Below, in pieces: positions 16,226 through 24,907 of a stretch of 32,000 bases of DNA; the first letter of the stretch is position 1, and each line of letters begins with the position of its first letter. The stretch covers positions 3,960,001 to 3,992,000 of the forward strand of contig NZ_CP015137.1 of the NCBI RefSeq assembly GCF_001644705.1, in the 5' to 3' direction. Under the pieces are notes generated by a model that did no database searches, was not told where the DNA came from, and worked only from the letters and a program-made list of their open reading frames with translations. The position numbers and the translations under genes are program-made. Source of the stretch: Dickeya solani IPO 2222 (GTDB lineage: Bacteria > Pseudomonadota > Gammaproteobacteria > Enterobacterales > Enterobacteriaceae).

Positions 16226-18463
16226 TTACTTTTTGGCCAATGCCGCAATATCCATGCTGCTCATTGCTCCCGACAATATTCTGAAATAGTCGTAACGCCC
16301 CTTTATATTGGCATCACGCGCGTACTGCGAGCGACCAAGATAGGCCGACTCCGCCACGCCGAGCTGATAAGGCGCCAGCGTAAATTCTTCATTACGCCCT
16401 ACCTCTATGCCATCGATATAGACGATGCAGACATTACCAGCCAACGTCATCGCAACATGTACCCATCTACCGACCGGGAATGTCGTGTCCACTGTCACTC
16501 CTTCGACCATGTATCCATGCAGGATCGATATCCTAAACATTGGCTTCCCGTTATTTCCGAATGGCGTCAGGCTGATCCAGCGGCGTTCGCCAGAACCCAT
16601 GTCGAAAATCCTGCCCCATGAACGCGAATCGTCCGCACAGAATCGGGTTTCAATAGTAAAGTCACCCAGCGCCGACAGTGGCCCATCCGGCAGTTTCAGG
16701 TAGCCATCTACCCCGTCAAGTACCAGCGCAGTGCCGATGCCATCTGGCCCCGTTCCCCAACTGGCACCGCCGGACAGCGAACTCACTCCCCACTTACCGG
16801 TCCTGTCTGCGGCGGTAGTGCCAGAACCTTCATTCAACGCCAGATGGAAGACTTCTTCCACCTGAATCGGCACTCTGACGGTTTCCGACGCCGCGGTTTC
16901 TCCTCCCTCAATGAACGCTTTCACGCGATAGTAGTAGCTGGCTGCTCTCGTTATATCGCTGTCCGAGTAGGTCAAGAGATCAATGATGTCAGACGCAATG
17001 ATGGTGAACGGCCCATTGGCGGTGGTGGCGCGTTCGAGGGTATAGCGTGTCGCGCCAACCGCCCCCCACCAGGACAGTTCTACCTTGTCGCCACGGCGGT
17101 GGGCGGTCAGCCCAGAAGGGCGTAACGCCGTCGTCTCAACGACCAGATCGCGTGAGAACATTAACGTTCCATATCCCGTCCCGTCACCGCCGCCGCCATA
17201 CTCTGGGTACACTTTTTGTACCTGCTTGAGAATATACGGCGTTGCAATGCCTTTTCGCTTTGCATAGTGGTTATAAATGGCCTCCCAGCACGGCCGTTTA
17301 TTCCCCTGGCTTGAGGGGGAAACGCCTTCCATTAAGCCATGCCTGTTGCGGTAGTTCATCCAGGGCATTACATAGAATGCTCCCGTTTCGTCGTTCAGGT
17401 TCGATTTTGCGACAAACTCTGCACCGGCAAGAAAACGGTTGTTGTTGTATCCATAAATGTCGTCGCCTTGATTCCACGCCATTTCACAAAAAGCCGCGCC
17501 CAGACTTATTCCTAGCGTAGAGTGCCCCTGATCGCGACCGCTTTCCTGCCATTGCCCAAGGTAACCGGGATGCACATGTACCACTGCCTGCATGCCGGCT
17601 CCGTTGCCCTGACCGTATTTGTAGTAGTCGATAGCCTCCTGATAGATGTCAGGGCGATCGCACAGTACACCGATCGCCAGAATATTAGCGATCGCGCATT
17701 GGTCCCAGTTGGCCCAGTAATTGGTGATATCCGCGCCGTTATGCACATCCAGGAACTGCCTTGACATAGGATAGAACACCGTCAACATCATATTCTGGAA
17801 ACGTTCCAGGTCTGTTGCCGACCACCCGGCATAGCTGCGCATGATTTCAGCAACGTTGGCAAATTGATAGCCATAGATACCAGCGGCCAACCAGCGGTCG
17901 GCGTTGCCGGTGACGGTCTTTAGCGTGGAAGACCAGGCATTAAGATACTTGAGCGCTTCCTCGGCATAGGCGATGTCTTGCGTGATTTTCCAGCGCACCG
18001 CCAGACGGTAGGCGCGTTGCACATCGATATACAGTAATGAAAAATTCTGACCGTCACCGCCCCGCACGATGACCTCGGTCGCACGGGGATTTGCGCCCAA
18101 CTGTGAATAGGCATCTTTTACAAACGGCTCCCATCCATCTACCCAGGGTTTTTCGCCGGTTGCCAGTTTCTTGCGTATGCGTACAAAGTCGTCTTCTGTG
18201 TGCAGCAAGCCTGGGTGGGTAAACGTGCGGTCTTGCGCATGAAGCGTCGGCGCAATAGAACCCGTTGCTGCGGCTACGATCGCGCGGCTTAGCATGCTGC
18301 CTCTAAACCGTCCCAGCAGCCCGCTGAATACGATGCCTGCGCCAGCTTGCAAAAAACGGCGCCGTGGCATGGCGTCCAGTGGTTTCTGCGTCGTCACCGG
18401 CGTGGCGTACGTTTCTGGTGTCGTCGGTAAATCGCTCTGCAGCGTGTGGGGCATTTTCTTCAT
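16226..18463 (-). CDS. Tat-exported polysaccharide lyase-like protein: alginate-lyase-like alpha/alpha toroid + FN3 + LamG/concanavalin-like domain
   Basis: 745 aa. Twin-arginine motif PRRRFLQAGAG. The NYWANW segment resembles the AlgL NNHSYW region. FN3-like segment LTAHRRGDKVELSWWGAVGATRYTLER. C-terminal Laminin_G_3-like segment LDGVDGYLKLP...GRWVHVAMT. GGGAGA RBS. GC is lower than in the flanks. Confidence 0.7.
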   Translation of the reverse strand: MKKMPHTLQSDLPTTPETYATPVTTQKPLDAMPRRRFLQAGAGIVFSGLLGRFRGSMLSRAIVAAATGSIAPTLHAQDRTFTHPGLLHTEDDFVRIRKKLATGEKPWVDGWEPFVKDAYSQLGANPRATEVIVRGGDGQNFSLLYIDVQRAYRLAVRWKITQDIAYAEEALKYLNAWSSTLKTVTGNADRWLAAGIYGYQFANVAEIMRSYAGWSATDLERFQNMMLTVFYPMSRQFLDVHNGADITNYWANWDQCAIANILAIGVLCDRPDIYQEAIDYYKYGQGNGAGMQAVVHVHPGYLGQWQESGRDQGHSTLGISLGAAFCEMAWNQGDDIYGYNNNRFLAGAEFVAKSNLNDETGAFYVMPWMNYRNRHGLMEGVSPSSQGNKRPCWEAIYNHYAKRKGIATPYILKQVQKVYPEYGGGGDGTGYGTLMFSRDLVVETTALRPSGLTAHRRGDKVELSWWGAVGATRYTLERATTANGPFTIIASDIIDLLTYSDSDITRAASYYYRVKAFIEGGETAASETVRVPIQVEEVFHLALNEGSGTTAADRTGKWGVSSLSGGASWGTGPDGIGTALVLDGVDGYLKLPDGPLSALGDFTIETRFCADDSRSWGRIFDMGSGERRWISLTPFGNNGKPMFRISILHGYMVEGVTVDTTFPVGRWVHVAMTLAGNVCIVYIDGIEVGRNEEFTLAPYQLGVAESAYLGRSQYARDANIKGRYDYFRILSGAMSSMDIAALAKK

Positions 18464-18787
18464 GATGGTCTGTCTCCCTGATTTAGATGAATTAGCAGTA
18501 CGTTGCAGCAGTCTTTCGCAATAAGTGCCTGTAAACGCTAAACGTGTTGAGGTTCAGCCCACCCATCGCGTCGCACTTATCCGTTGCTGAACACCACGTC
18601 CTCACGGCATAACCCGGTATTAACCAAGCCACAGTCGCCAAAATTGGCTCGTACCATGCTGTGCTAGTGTTATTGCTGTACCGAACATAACGGATAAAAC
18701 GGTTGTGAGGCAGGGCAGTTTGCCGCCTCTCTGACAATCAGCGAAGCGCTCACATACACTGGCTGAGACTGAAAAAGTGGGCTGTAG

Positions 18788-18821
18788 CAATAAAAACGGC
18801 TTTCTGTGAAAAAAGCCGTTT
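18788..18821 (-). terminator. Rho-independent terminator of the amidohydrolase gene
   Basis: 10-bp stem AAACGGCTTT/AAAGCCGTTT with an 8-nt loop. On the - strand it is followed by TTTTTAT. It lies 76 nt after the stop. Confidence 0.75.
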
Positions 18822-18896
18822 CCGAATCCACATTAACCTAACGTTGTGAATGGCTTGCGACACAATCGTTACGTTTCTTGCCCTGTAGGCAAGGGG

Positions 18897-20735
18897 TCAA
18901 ATACCGTTGTCGGGAACCGAATGCACCAGATTTCCTTTGTAGTAGGTTTTTAGTACTTTAGTTTCATGAACGTGTTTGATAGGTACTTTGAACAGGTTCC
19001 GATCGAGCACGATAAGGTCGGCGGACTTGCCAAGTTCGATCGACCCCGTATCCTTTTCCAACCCCATCGCCTTCGCACTGTTGATGGTGTAAATGCGAAT
19101 TGCTTCCGCCAGATCGACAGCTTCATCGGGTGCCAGCGTTCCGGGGACATCGCCCAATGGGTTCTGCCGTGTTACCAAACCTTCGATACCGATCCACGGA
19201 GACGGTGTCGGGCCACCGGCAGGCCAGTCAGAGCCTCCCGCTACCAGCGCCCCGGCGCGGAGCAATTTCATCGTCGGGACAAAATCTTTCATCCGCTCCC
19301 CACCGACAGTCACAACGCTGGCTTGTGTCATGTCCGATGGGAACCACAACATCGGCGAGAGATCGGCGGCGACACGAAGTTTGGCGAAACGAGGTAAATC
19401 CTGTGACGCGATCAGATGCGTATGGGCAATCTGGTGCATTGGACCATTCGGTCCATTGATTTTACGTACTTTTTCGACAGCATCTAACGCAAGTCGTAAT
19501 GAACCATCTCCAGCCGCATGTAACTTGGTGGAAATACCTTGCTTGTCGAGCTTCGCCAGAATTTCAACGACCTGGTCTAGCGTGTAGTGCGTGTCGCCAT
19601 GAAAATGATCGCCATGGACAGTGTCTGGAACATAGGGAGCGAGAAGTTTAGCCGTATAAGCGGGCGGCACACCATCAAGGACGAACTTGAAGCGGTCTGG
19701 AAGAAAGTTCGGCGTACGATAGACGTCGCGTCTGGCAAACAGTTCCATCCCGGCGGCGCCTTCATCCAGTAAGGGCGTTGAGACGACAGAGCCTAAAATC
19801 TTCAGTGGTAAGCCTTCAGCACGATCGATTTTGCTCCAGATCCGCAGATTAACTTCGGAGCTAACGGCTTCTTGTACACCCGTAATCCCCAGCGAAACCA
19901 TAGTCTTTGCCGCACCTCGTCCAGAGGACATGCGTTGCTCCTCCGTTCTTGCCGGGACAAGGCTTTGTACATGCTGGAAGGCCGGGAACTCTTGTAATAA
20001 TCCGGTAGGTTCGCCGGTCACCGCATCCTTGACAATCACTCCGCCGGCAGGGCTGATAGATTGGGCGGTAATGTTAGCCAGACGCATCGCTTCACTATTG
20101 ATCCAGCGATTGTGATAGGAGTCGTCACGCAGGATGACAGGACGCCCGTTGCTGACTTTATCCAGTTTGGCCAGCGCGTCGGCGGTCATCAGTTCAGACA
20201 TGCGGGGGCTCCCCCATGATGAGCCGATAACCCATTCACCCGGTCCTACTTGTTTCGCACATTCGGAAACCTGCTTCAGGATATCGTCCAGCGAGCTCTT
20301 GCTGGGGAAATTACAGGAGAAGAGATCCTCGTATCCCCCGTCCAGCGGATGAGCATGCACGTCATTGATGCCGGGCATCGCCATTCCCCCTTTGAGATCA
20401 ACAACCTTGGTGCTGGGGCCGATGAGACTGGCGACCTGTGCATCGGAACCCATAAAGACGTAACGACCACCGCGCACGGCAATCGCCTCAACCCACGGTT
20501 GATGCTGAGTAACGGTGAAAATGTTGCCATTACGTAAAACGAGTTCGGCGGGTACGTTGTTTTCTGCAACGGCTAAAGAGGGAATAGAAAAAAGCAAACC
20601 TGCTATAGATGCAGCAAATCCGACTCGTGTCAGGAAATGGCGTGTTGTCGGACCTTTCGAATCCAACGGCGGTTTTCTTATCAACGTTAATTGGGGACGA
20701 CATCCTGCAATATTGTCCACACTGGCTCTTGTCAT
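18897..20735 (-). CDS. Exported metal-dependent amidohydrolase (Amidohydro_3/YtcJ-like)
   Basis: 612 aa. NDVHAHP metal motif, YtcJ-like length, C-terminal GSDWP. A hydrophobic signal-like segment ends LAVA/EN after a ~35-aa N-extension. AGGGAGA RBS before ATG 20735. Confidence 0.8.
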   Translation of the reverse strand: MTRASVDNIAGCRPQLTLIRKPPLDSKGPTTRHFLTRVGFAASIAGLLFSIPSLAVAENNVPAELVLRNGNIFTVTQHQPWVEAIAVRGGRYVFMGSDAQVASLIGPSTKVVDLKGGMAMPGINDVHAHPLDGGYEDLFSCNFPSKSSLDDILKQVSECAKQVGPGEWVIGSSWGSPRMSELMTADALAKLDKVSNGRPVILRDDSYHNRWINSEAMRLANITAQSISPAGGVIVKDAVTGEPTGLLQEFPAFQHVQSLVPARTEEQRMSSGRGAAKTMVSLGITGVQEAVSSEVNLRIWSKIDRAEGLPLKILGSVVSTPLLDEGAAGMELFARRDVYRTPNFLPDRFKFVLDGVPPAYTAKLLAPYVPDTVHGDHFHGDTHYTLDQVVEILAKLDKQGISTKLHAAGDGSLRLALDAVEKVRKINGPNGPMHQIAHTHLIASQDLPRFAKLRVAADLSPMLWFPSDMTQASVVTVGGERMKDFVPTMKLLRAGALVAGGSDWPAGGPTPSPWIGIEGLVTRQNPLGDVPGTLAPDEAVDLAEAIRIYTINSAKAMGLEKDTGSIELGKSADLIVLDRNLFKVPIKHVHETKVLKTYYKGNLVHSVPDNGI

Positions 20736-20953
20736 GTATTTATCTCCCTATGCATGTTTTACGCTATCTCGCTGATAGCGAATCGTATAATCCATATATT
20801 GTTACAAACGGATAATACAGATTGAGCCATTAGGTGGTATGGAGCACAAATAGCAAAACCAGTGGTGTTACTTAAGAATAGGGCCAGACAAGCGGTGAGT
20901 AATGCAGGATTGCAGTGAAATGTTTGCTAATCAGGCTGAGGAATTTTCATCAA

Positions 20954-21016
20954 TCAGCACGAATACGCCGCCACCCTCTTGCGGTAGGTTTCGGCGATGT
21001 GGTTACGAACAGGCAT
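20954..21016 (-). CDS. Candidate 20-aa small ORF (MPVRNHIAETYRKRVAAYSC)
   Basis: AAGGAG lies 9 nt upstream of the ATG. The start codon is embedded in a long imperfect hairpin. There is no homology evidence. Confidence 0.25.
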   Translation of the reverse strand: MPVRNHIAETYRKRVAAYSC

Positions 21017-21126
21017 AGCCGTGATCTCCTTGAATTGTTAGGCAATCATCAGTAGATCACCTCACGCTATGCCTGTCTTGTTTTCAGTGAATACTATTCC
21101 CCAGCGGCATTGTGGAGAGCGGCGTT

Positions 21127-21894
21127 TTAGGGCTGTGCCAGCGCGCAGCTTACATCCAGAATTTCCTCCGCCGAGCCGCGGTTGAACAGGCCGATAAAAT
21201 CACGCCGCACCGCCAGCAGAATCAGCTCGCCCTGGGCGTTGGCGGTCAACGCCAGACCGTAGTTTTCCATCTGGTCCCCGCGCGTTTGCGCATACTGATT
21301 GAGCAGTTTGAACGGATCGGTTCGCGTCAAATCGCTGCCGTTCAGCTTGATTGCCAGATAATCGTGGCCCAGCAGCGGCTGACCGAGCGACACCCAGTCG
21401 TAACCGATGTTGGCGTTTCGGGCGCGCAGCGTCTGGTAGACTTCGGGTTTCAGGCAGGAAATATGGATATGCAGCTGGCCCTGCGTGCGGCCATACAGCG
21501 AGTTGATCGCCAGCCCGAGCACATCGTCCCCGATCGGTTTACCCATTTGGCTCGACAGCCTGTCGCGGTAGCTCCAGGCGGCGGCGAAATAGGCGGGTGT
21601 GCTGAGTTGTAACAACAACGGACTTTCAATGCCGCTGATGCGATCGGTCGGGATCAGCAGGTTGTGATACGGGCCGCGCCGGTCTTTGAACAGGGCGTAA
21701 TGGCCTTGCAGATTGACGTCCAGACAAGGGGCGGGCGAGTTATTTTTCTGTTGGTTGGGAACGCACTGCTGGCTGACAAACTGCCACAGCGCGTTGCCAT
21801 TGCCGCGACGGGCGAAAGGCTGCCAGAAATAGAGCAGCAGGGCGACCAGCAATAGCGTAACGAGCAAACCGATAAGGTATTTCTTGCGTATCAT
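21127..21894 (-). CDS. cdh: CDP-diacylglycerol pyrophosphatase
   Basis: 255 aa. N-terminal membrane anchor. It matches E. coli Cdh by eye (CxPNQQxNxxPxPC, GIESPLL, GRTQxxxHIHISC). Confidence 0.9.
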   Translation of the reverse strand: MIRKKYLIGLLVTLLLVALLLYFWQPFARRGNGNALWQFVSQQCVPNQQKNNSPAPCLDVNLQGHYALFKDRRGPYHNLLIPTDRISGIESPLLLQLSTPAYFAAAWSYRDRLSSQMGKPIGDDVLGLAINSLYGRTQGQLHIHISCLKPEVYQTLRARNANIGYDWVSLGQPLLGHDYLAIKLNGSDLTRTDPFKLLNQYAQTRGDQMENYGLALTANAQGELILLAVRRDFIGLFNRGSAEEILDVSCALAQP

Positions 21895-21917
21895 GGCAGG
21901 ATTCCGTCGAGGGTCGT

Positions 21918-21992
21918 TGCCGCATGGTTATTGATTGCAACACAATTGTCGCAAGGTTATTTGTTGCAAGGTGATTCGTTGCAAGGTGATTC
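21918..21992. repeat. 15-bp periodic repeat, about 5 units (GTTGCAAGGTGATTC)
   Basis: The last two units are identical (21963-21977 and 21978-21992). Units at 21948, 21933 and 21918 are progressively degenerate. The array lies 24-98 bp upstream of the cdh start. Confidence 0.85.
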
Positions 21993-22081
21993 GCTGTATG
22001 ACGACACGCCGCATGGGTGTGACTACGCGCCGCATAGTGCCGCGCGCAGATGGCGGCATGATGACAGCCGGCTGATGCGGG

Positions 22082-22981
22082 TCAACCGGCCGACGCGCTT
22101 TCGCCTATCAACCTGCGGATAATCTGAACGACCTCTTCCACCAGCAGGCTGCGCGCATGCTGGGGCGGGAAGATCGCCAGGTAGGCGACGTCGATCTTCG
22201 GCTCAAAGGGTTTGATCAGCAGCCTGGCTTCGCTGGTGCGGGCAGTAATGGCATCAACAATCCCCACCCCTAATCCAGCGCCCGCCATGACGCAGCAATG
22301 GCGCAGCGAGGTTTCTATCGGGCTTTGCAACGCCACGTCTTGCGCGGTGATCGCCTGCGCCAGCTGTTCCCGCAACACGGTTTTGCGCCCCGGCAGGATA
22401 GAACGGTAGTGGTTCAGGTCGTCAAGGGTGATGCCGGCGCGGCCCGCCAACGGGTGGGTTGGCGCGACAACCGCGACTGCCTGGGCGACGCCCAGCAGGT
22501 CGGCCTGCAATCCCTTGATCGCCGGCGTACTGTTGATAAAACCGATGTCGTACTGGTTGCTGAGCACCATCTCGGTGATCGCCAGCGTGCTTTCCACATC
22601 CATAGACAGCGCCACATCGGGGTATTTTTTCAATAGCGAGGGGAAAATGCGTTCGGTGCAGAGGTTGGCGAGCGCGGACACCGCGCCGATACGCAACACG
22701 CTGCCTTTGGCGTGACGGATGTCGTCCGCCACCCGCAGAATGTGGTCCAGCCCCAGATACAGGCGTTCGATTTCGCGAAAAAGCTTAAGTGCTTCTTCAC
22801 GGGGCTCCAACCCCCGACCATCCCGATCAAACAGTTTTAGTTTAACCGCGTACTCAAAATCCTTGATCAGCCGGCTGACCGCCGGTTGGGTGATATTCAT
22901 GATGTTGGCGGCCTGTGTGATGCCGCCGGTCAGAATCACCTTATGGAATGCTTCAACCTGTCTTAAGTTGATACGGCTCAT
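22082..22981 (-). CDS. LysR-family transcriptional regulator, divergent from the 23148 operon
   Basis: MSRINLRQVEAFHKVILTGGITQAANIMNITQPAVSRLIKDFE. ATG 22981 is preferred over the TTG at 22993 used by the ORF track. Confidence 0.9.
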   Translation of the reverse strand: MSRINLRQVEAFHKVILTGGITQAANIMNITQPAVSRLIKDFEYAVKLKLFDRDGRGLEPREEALKLFREIERLYLGLDHILRVADDIRHAKGSVLRIGAVSALANLCTERIFPSLLKKYPDVALSMDVESTLAITEMVLSNQYDIGFINSTPAIKGLQADLLGVAQAVAVVAPTHPLAGRAGITLDDLNHYRSILPGRKTVLREQLAQAITAQDVALQSPIETSLRHCCVMAGAGLGVGIVDAITARTSEARLLIKPFEPKIDVAYLAIFPPQHARSLLVEEVVQIIRRLIGESASAG

Positions 22982-23147
22982 AGATGTTACCAACCATAAT
23001 GTTTATTTATGAATTCGGTACAAAATACGATTTTTAATTATTTTAACCAACACGTAGACTCCATCACGAAGGTTACAGTTTGTCATAGATTTGAACAAAG
23101 CGTGATAAACCCGAATGCGGGATGGATCCGAATTTAAAGGAGTAACC

Positions 23148-24686
23148 ATGAAAGGAATGTTGTTTGTTGCCGGCCTGATGACGCTAATGCCCATTGCGCA
23201 GGCAGCAGATTTGACGATTGGACTGGCGTCATCCACCACCTCTATGGATCCGCAGTTCTATGTCGGCGGCGCTAACAGCGCAATGGCCCGCAATCTGTTC
23301 GACGGGCTGGTTAACCAAAACGAAAAACAACAAATTACCCCAGCTCTGGCGCTGTCGTGGAAAGCGGTTAACGACACTACCTGGCAATTTACATTGCGAC
23401 CGAACGTCAAGTTTCATGATGGCACCGATTTTAACGCCCGGGATGTGGTGGCCAGTGTGAAACGCGTCGCGTTGGCGGCAAAAAACAGCCCCAGCGCTTA
23501 CACGCCCTACGTGGCGGACATCAGCGAGATTCGTGAAATCGACCCGCTGACGGTGGAAATCAAGACCAAAGGACCGGCGGCGCTGCTGCTCAACAACCTG
23601 AGCCGCATCGCGATACTGCCGGCGCGGCTGGCCGACCAGCCGACTGACGTGCTGAACGGCGGTAAAGACGTGATCGGCACCGGCCCGTTCAAATTTGTCT
23701 CCTATACCCCGGATGACAAGGTGGTGCTGAGCCGTAACGACCACTACTGGGGCGGCAAGGCCGAGTGGGACACGGTGACGTTGCGCGTCATCAAGAACAG
23801 CAGTGCCCGCATTGCCGCATTGCTTTCTGGCGATGTGGACATGATCGAAAGCGTGCCGACGGCGGACCGCGCCACTATCGCCCGTCAGCAAGCCTTCGCC
23901 ACGGAGTCAGTGCCGGGCAACCGCATTCTGTATCTGCATCCGGATCAGGACCGGGATGTGTCGCCGTTCGCCAAAGGCGATGACGGCAAAAATCCGCTGA
24001 AGAAAGCGGAGGTGCGTCAGGCGATGTCGCTGGCAATCAACCGCGACGCGCTGGTGCAACGGATTCTCGACGGTCAGGGGCTGCCTTCGTCGCAGATGGT
24101 GCCGCAGGGGTATCCGGGGTATTCCGCCAAAATACCGGCGCCGGTTTACGACCTGGCGCAGGCGAAACAGAAACTGGCGGCGGCAGGCTACCCGAACGGG
24201 TTTACCCTGACGTTCCACGCCTCGAACGATCGCTATCCCAACGACGCTAAAATTGCGCAGGCGCTGGGGCAGATGTTCAGTCAGGCGGGCATCAAGACCG
24301 AGGTGGTCACCATGCCCGGCAACGTCTACTTCGCCAAGGCGGCGCAGCGTGAATTCAGCCTGGTGATGGGCGGCGCGGCGATTGAAACCGGCGAGGCGTC
24401 CGGTGTGCTGGGGCCGTTGCTGGAAACCTTTGGCCCGAATGCCGGCCAGGGAAACCGGGGACGGTATTCCAATACCGAATTTGACAAGCTGCTGAATCAG
24501 GCTCGCGCCACGCTAGATGAACGGCAACGCGATGCTCTGCTGCAGCAGGCGACCGAATTGGCGATGAAGGAGCAAGGGGTTATCCCGCTGCTGTTTCTCT
24601 CCAATACCTGGGCAATGAAAAAAGGCTATAGCTACGTGGGCCGCACAGACGGCTACACATTGCCCTATTTCGTTCACAAACAGTAA
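23148..24686 (+). CDS. ABC substrate-binding protein, family 5 (DppA/OppA/NikA-like)
   Basis: ATG 23148 with AAAGGAG upstream. Signal peptide ending AQA/AD. TWQFTLRPNVKFHDG is a hallmark of SBP_bac_5. Confidence 0.9.
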   Translation: MKGMLFVAGLMTLMPIAQAADLTIGLASSTTSMDPQFYVGGANSAMARNLFDGLVNQNEKQQITPALALSWKAVNDTTWQFTLRPNVKFHDGTDFNARDVVASVKRVALAAKNSPSAYTPYVADISEIREIDPLTVEIKTKGPAALLLNNLSRIAILPARLADQPTDVLNGGKDVIGTGPFKFVSYTPDDKVVLSRNDHYWGGKAEWDTVTLRVIKNSSARIAALLSGDVDMIESVPTADRATIARQQAFATESVPGNRILYLHPDQDRDVSPFAKGDDGKNPLKKAEVRQAMSLAINRDALVQRILDGQGLPSSQMVPQGYPGYSAKIPAPVYDLAQAKQKLAAAGYPNGFTLTFHASNDRYPNDAKIAQALGQMFSQAGIKTEVVTMPGNVYFAKAAQREFSLVMGGAAIETGEASGVLGPLLETFGPNAGQGNRGRYSNTEFDKLLNQARATLDERQRDALLQQATELAMKEQGVIPLLFLSNTWAMKKGYSYVGRTDGYTLPYFVHKQ

Positions 24687-24721
24687 ACGGTGAGTTTCTC
24701 ACCTGGCGCTGGTGGTGAATG

Positions 24722-24831
24722 AAAAATGTACACCCCAAATAATTCGAAGTGCAGGACAACACGCTTGCGTGTTGAACAACACACCTGTAACTCGAAGTAT
24801 GACGGGGGTAGTGCGATTTTTACGTTAACAC
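24722..24831. repeat. ERIC/IRU-like imperfect palindromic intergenic element (short form)
   Basis: The ~110-bp imperfect palindrome has the right arm AACTCGAAGTATGACGGGGGTA, which resembles the ERIC outer arm (CTTGAAGTATGACGGGTA as I recall it). The left arm is its imperfect complement. Confidence 0.45.
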
Positions 24832-24851
24832 CAGGGTTCTCCCATCAGGCC

Positions 24852-24880
24852 GTGTCCCGCCGCATCCCGCGGCGGGACAC
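24852..24880 (+). promoter_or_regulatory. GC-rich intercistronic stem-loop (12-bp stem)
   Basis: GTGTCCCGCCGC-ATCCC-GCGGCGGGACAC with no following T-tract. It lies 28 nt before the next start codon. Confidence 0.4.
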
Positions 24881-24907
24881 CCCGCCTGCAACCTTCAGGG
24901 TCACTCC

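Noticed and set aside
18492-18737. 81-aa minus-strand ORF in the 430-bp gap between the lyase and amidohydrolase genes.
   Set aside because: It has no RBS, odd composition and no recognisable family. The region more likely holds the lyase promoter and leader. It could be a gene remnant, but I cannot support that.
21931-22122. 63-aa plus-strand ORF (LQGDSLQGDS...).
   Set aside because: It is a translation of the 15-bp repeat array that continues into the 3' end of the LysR gene on the other strand. There is no RBS.
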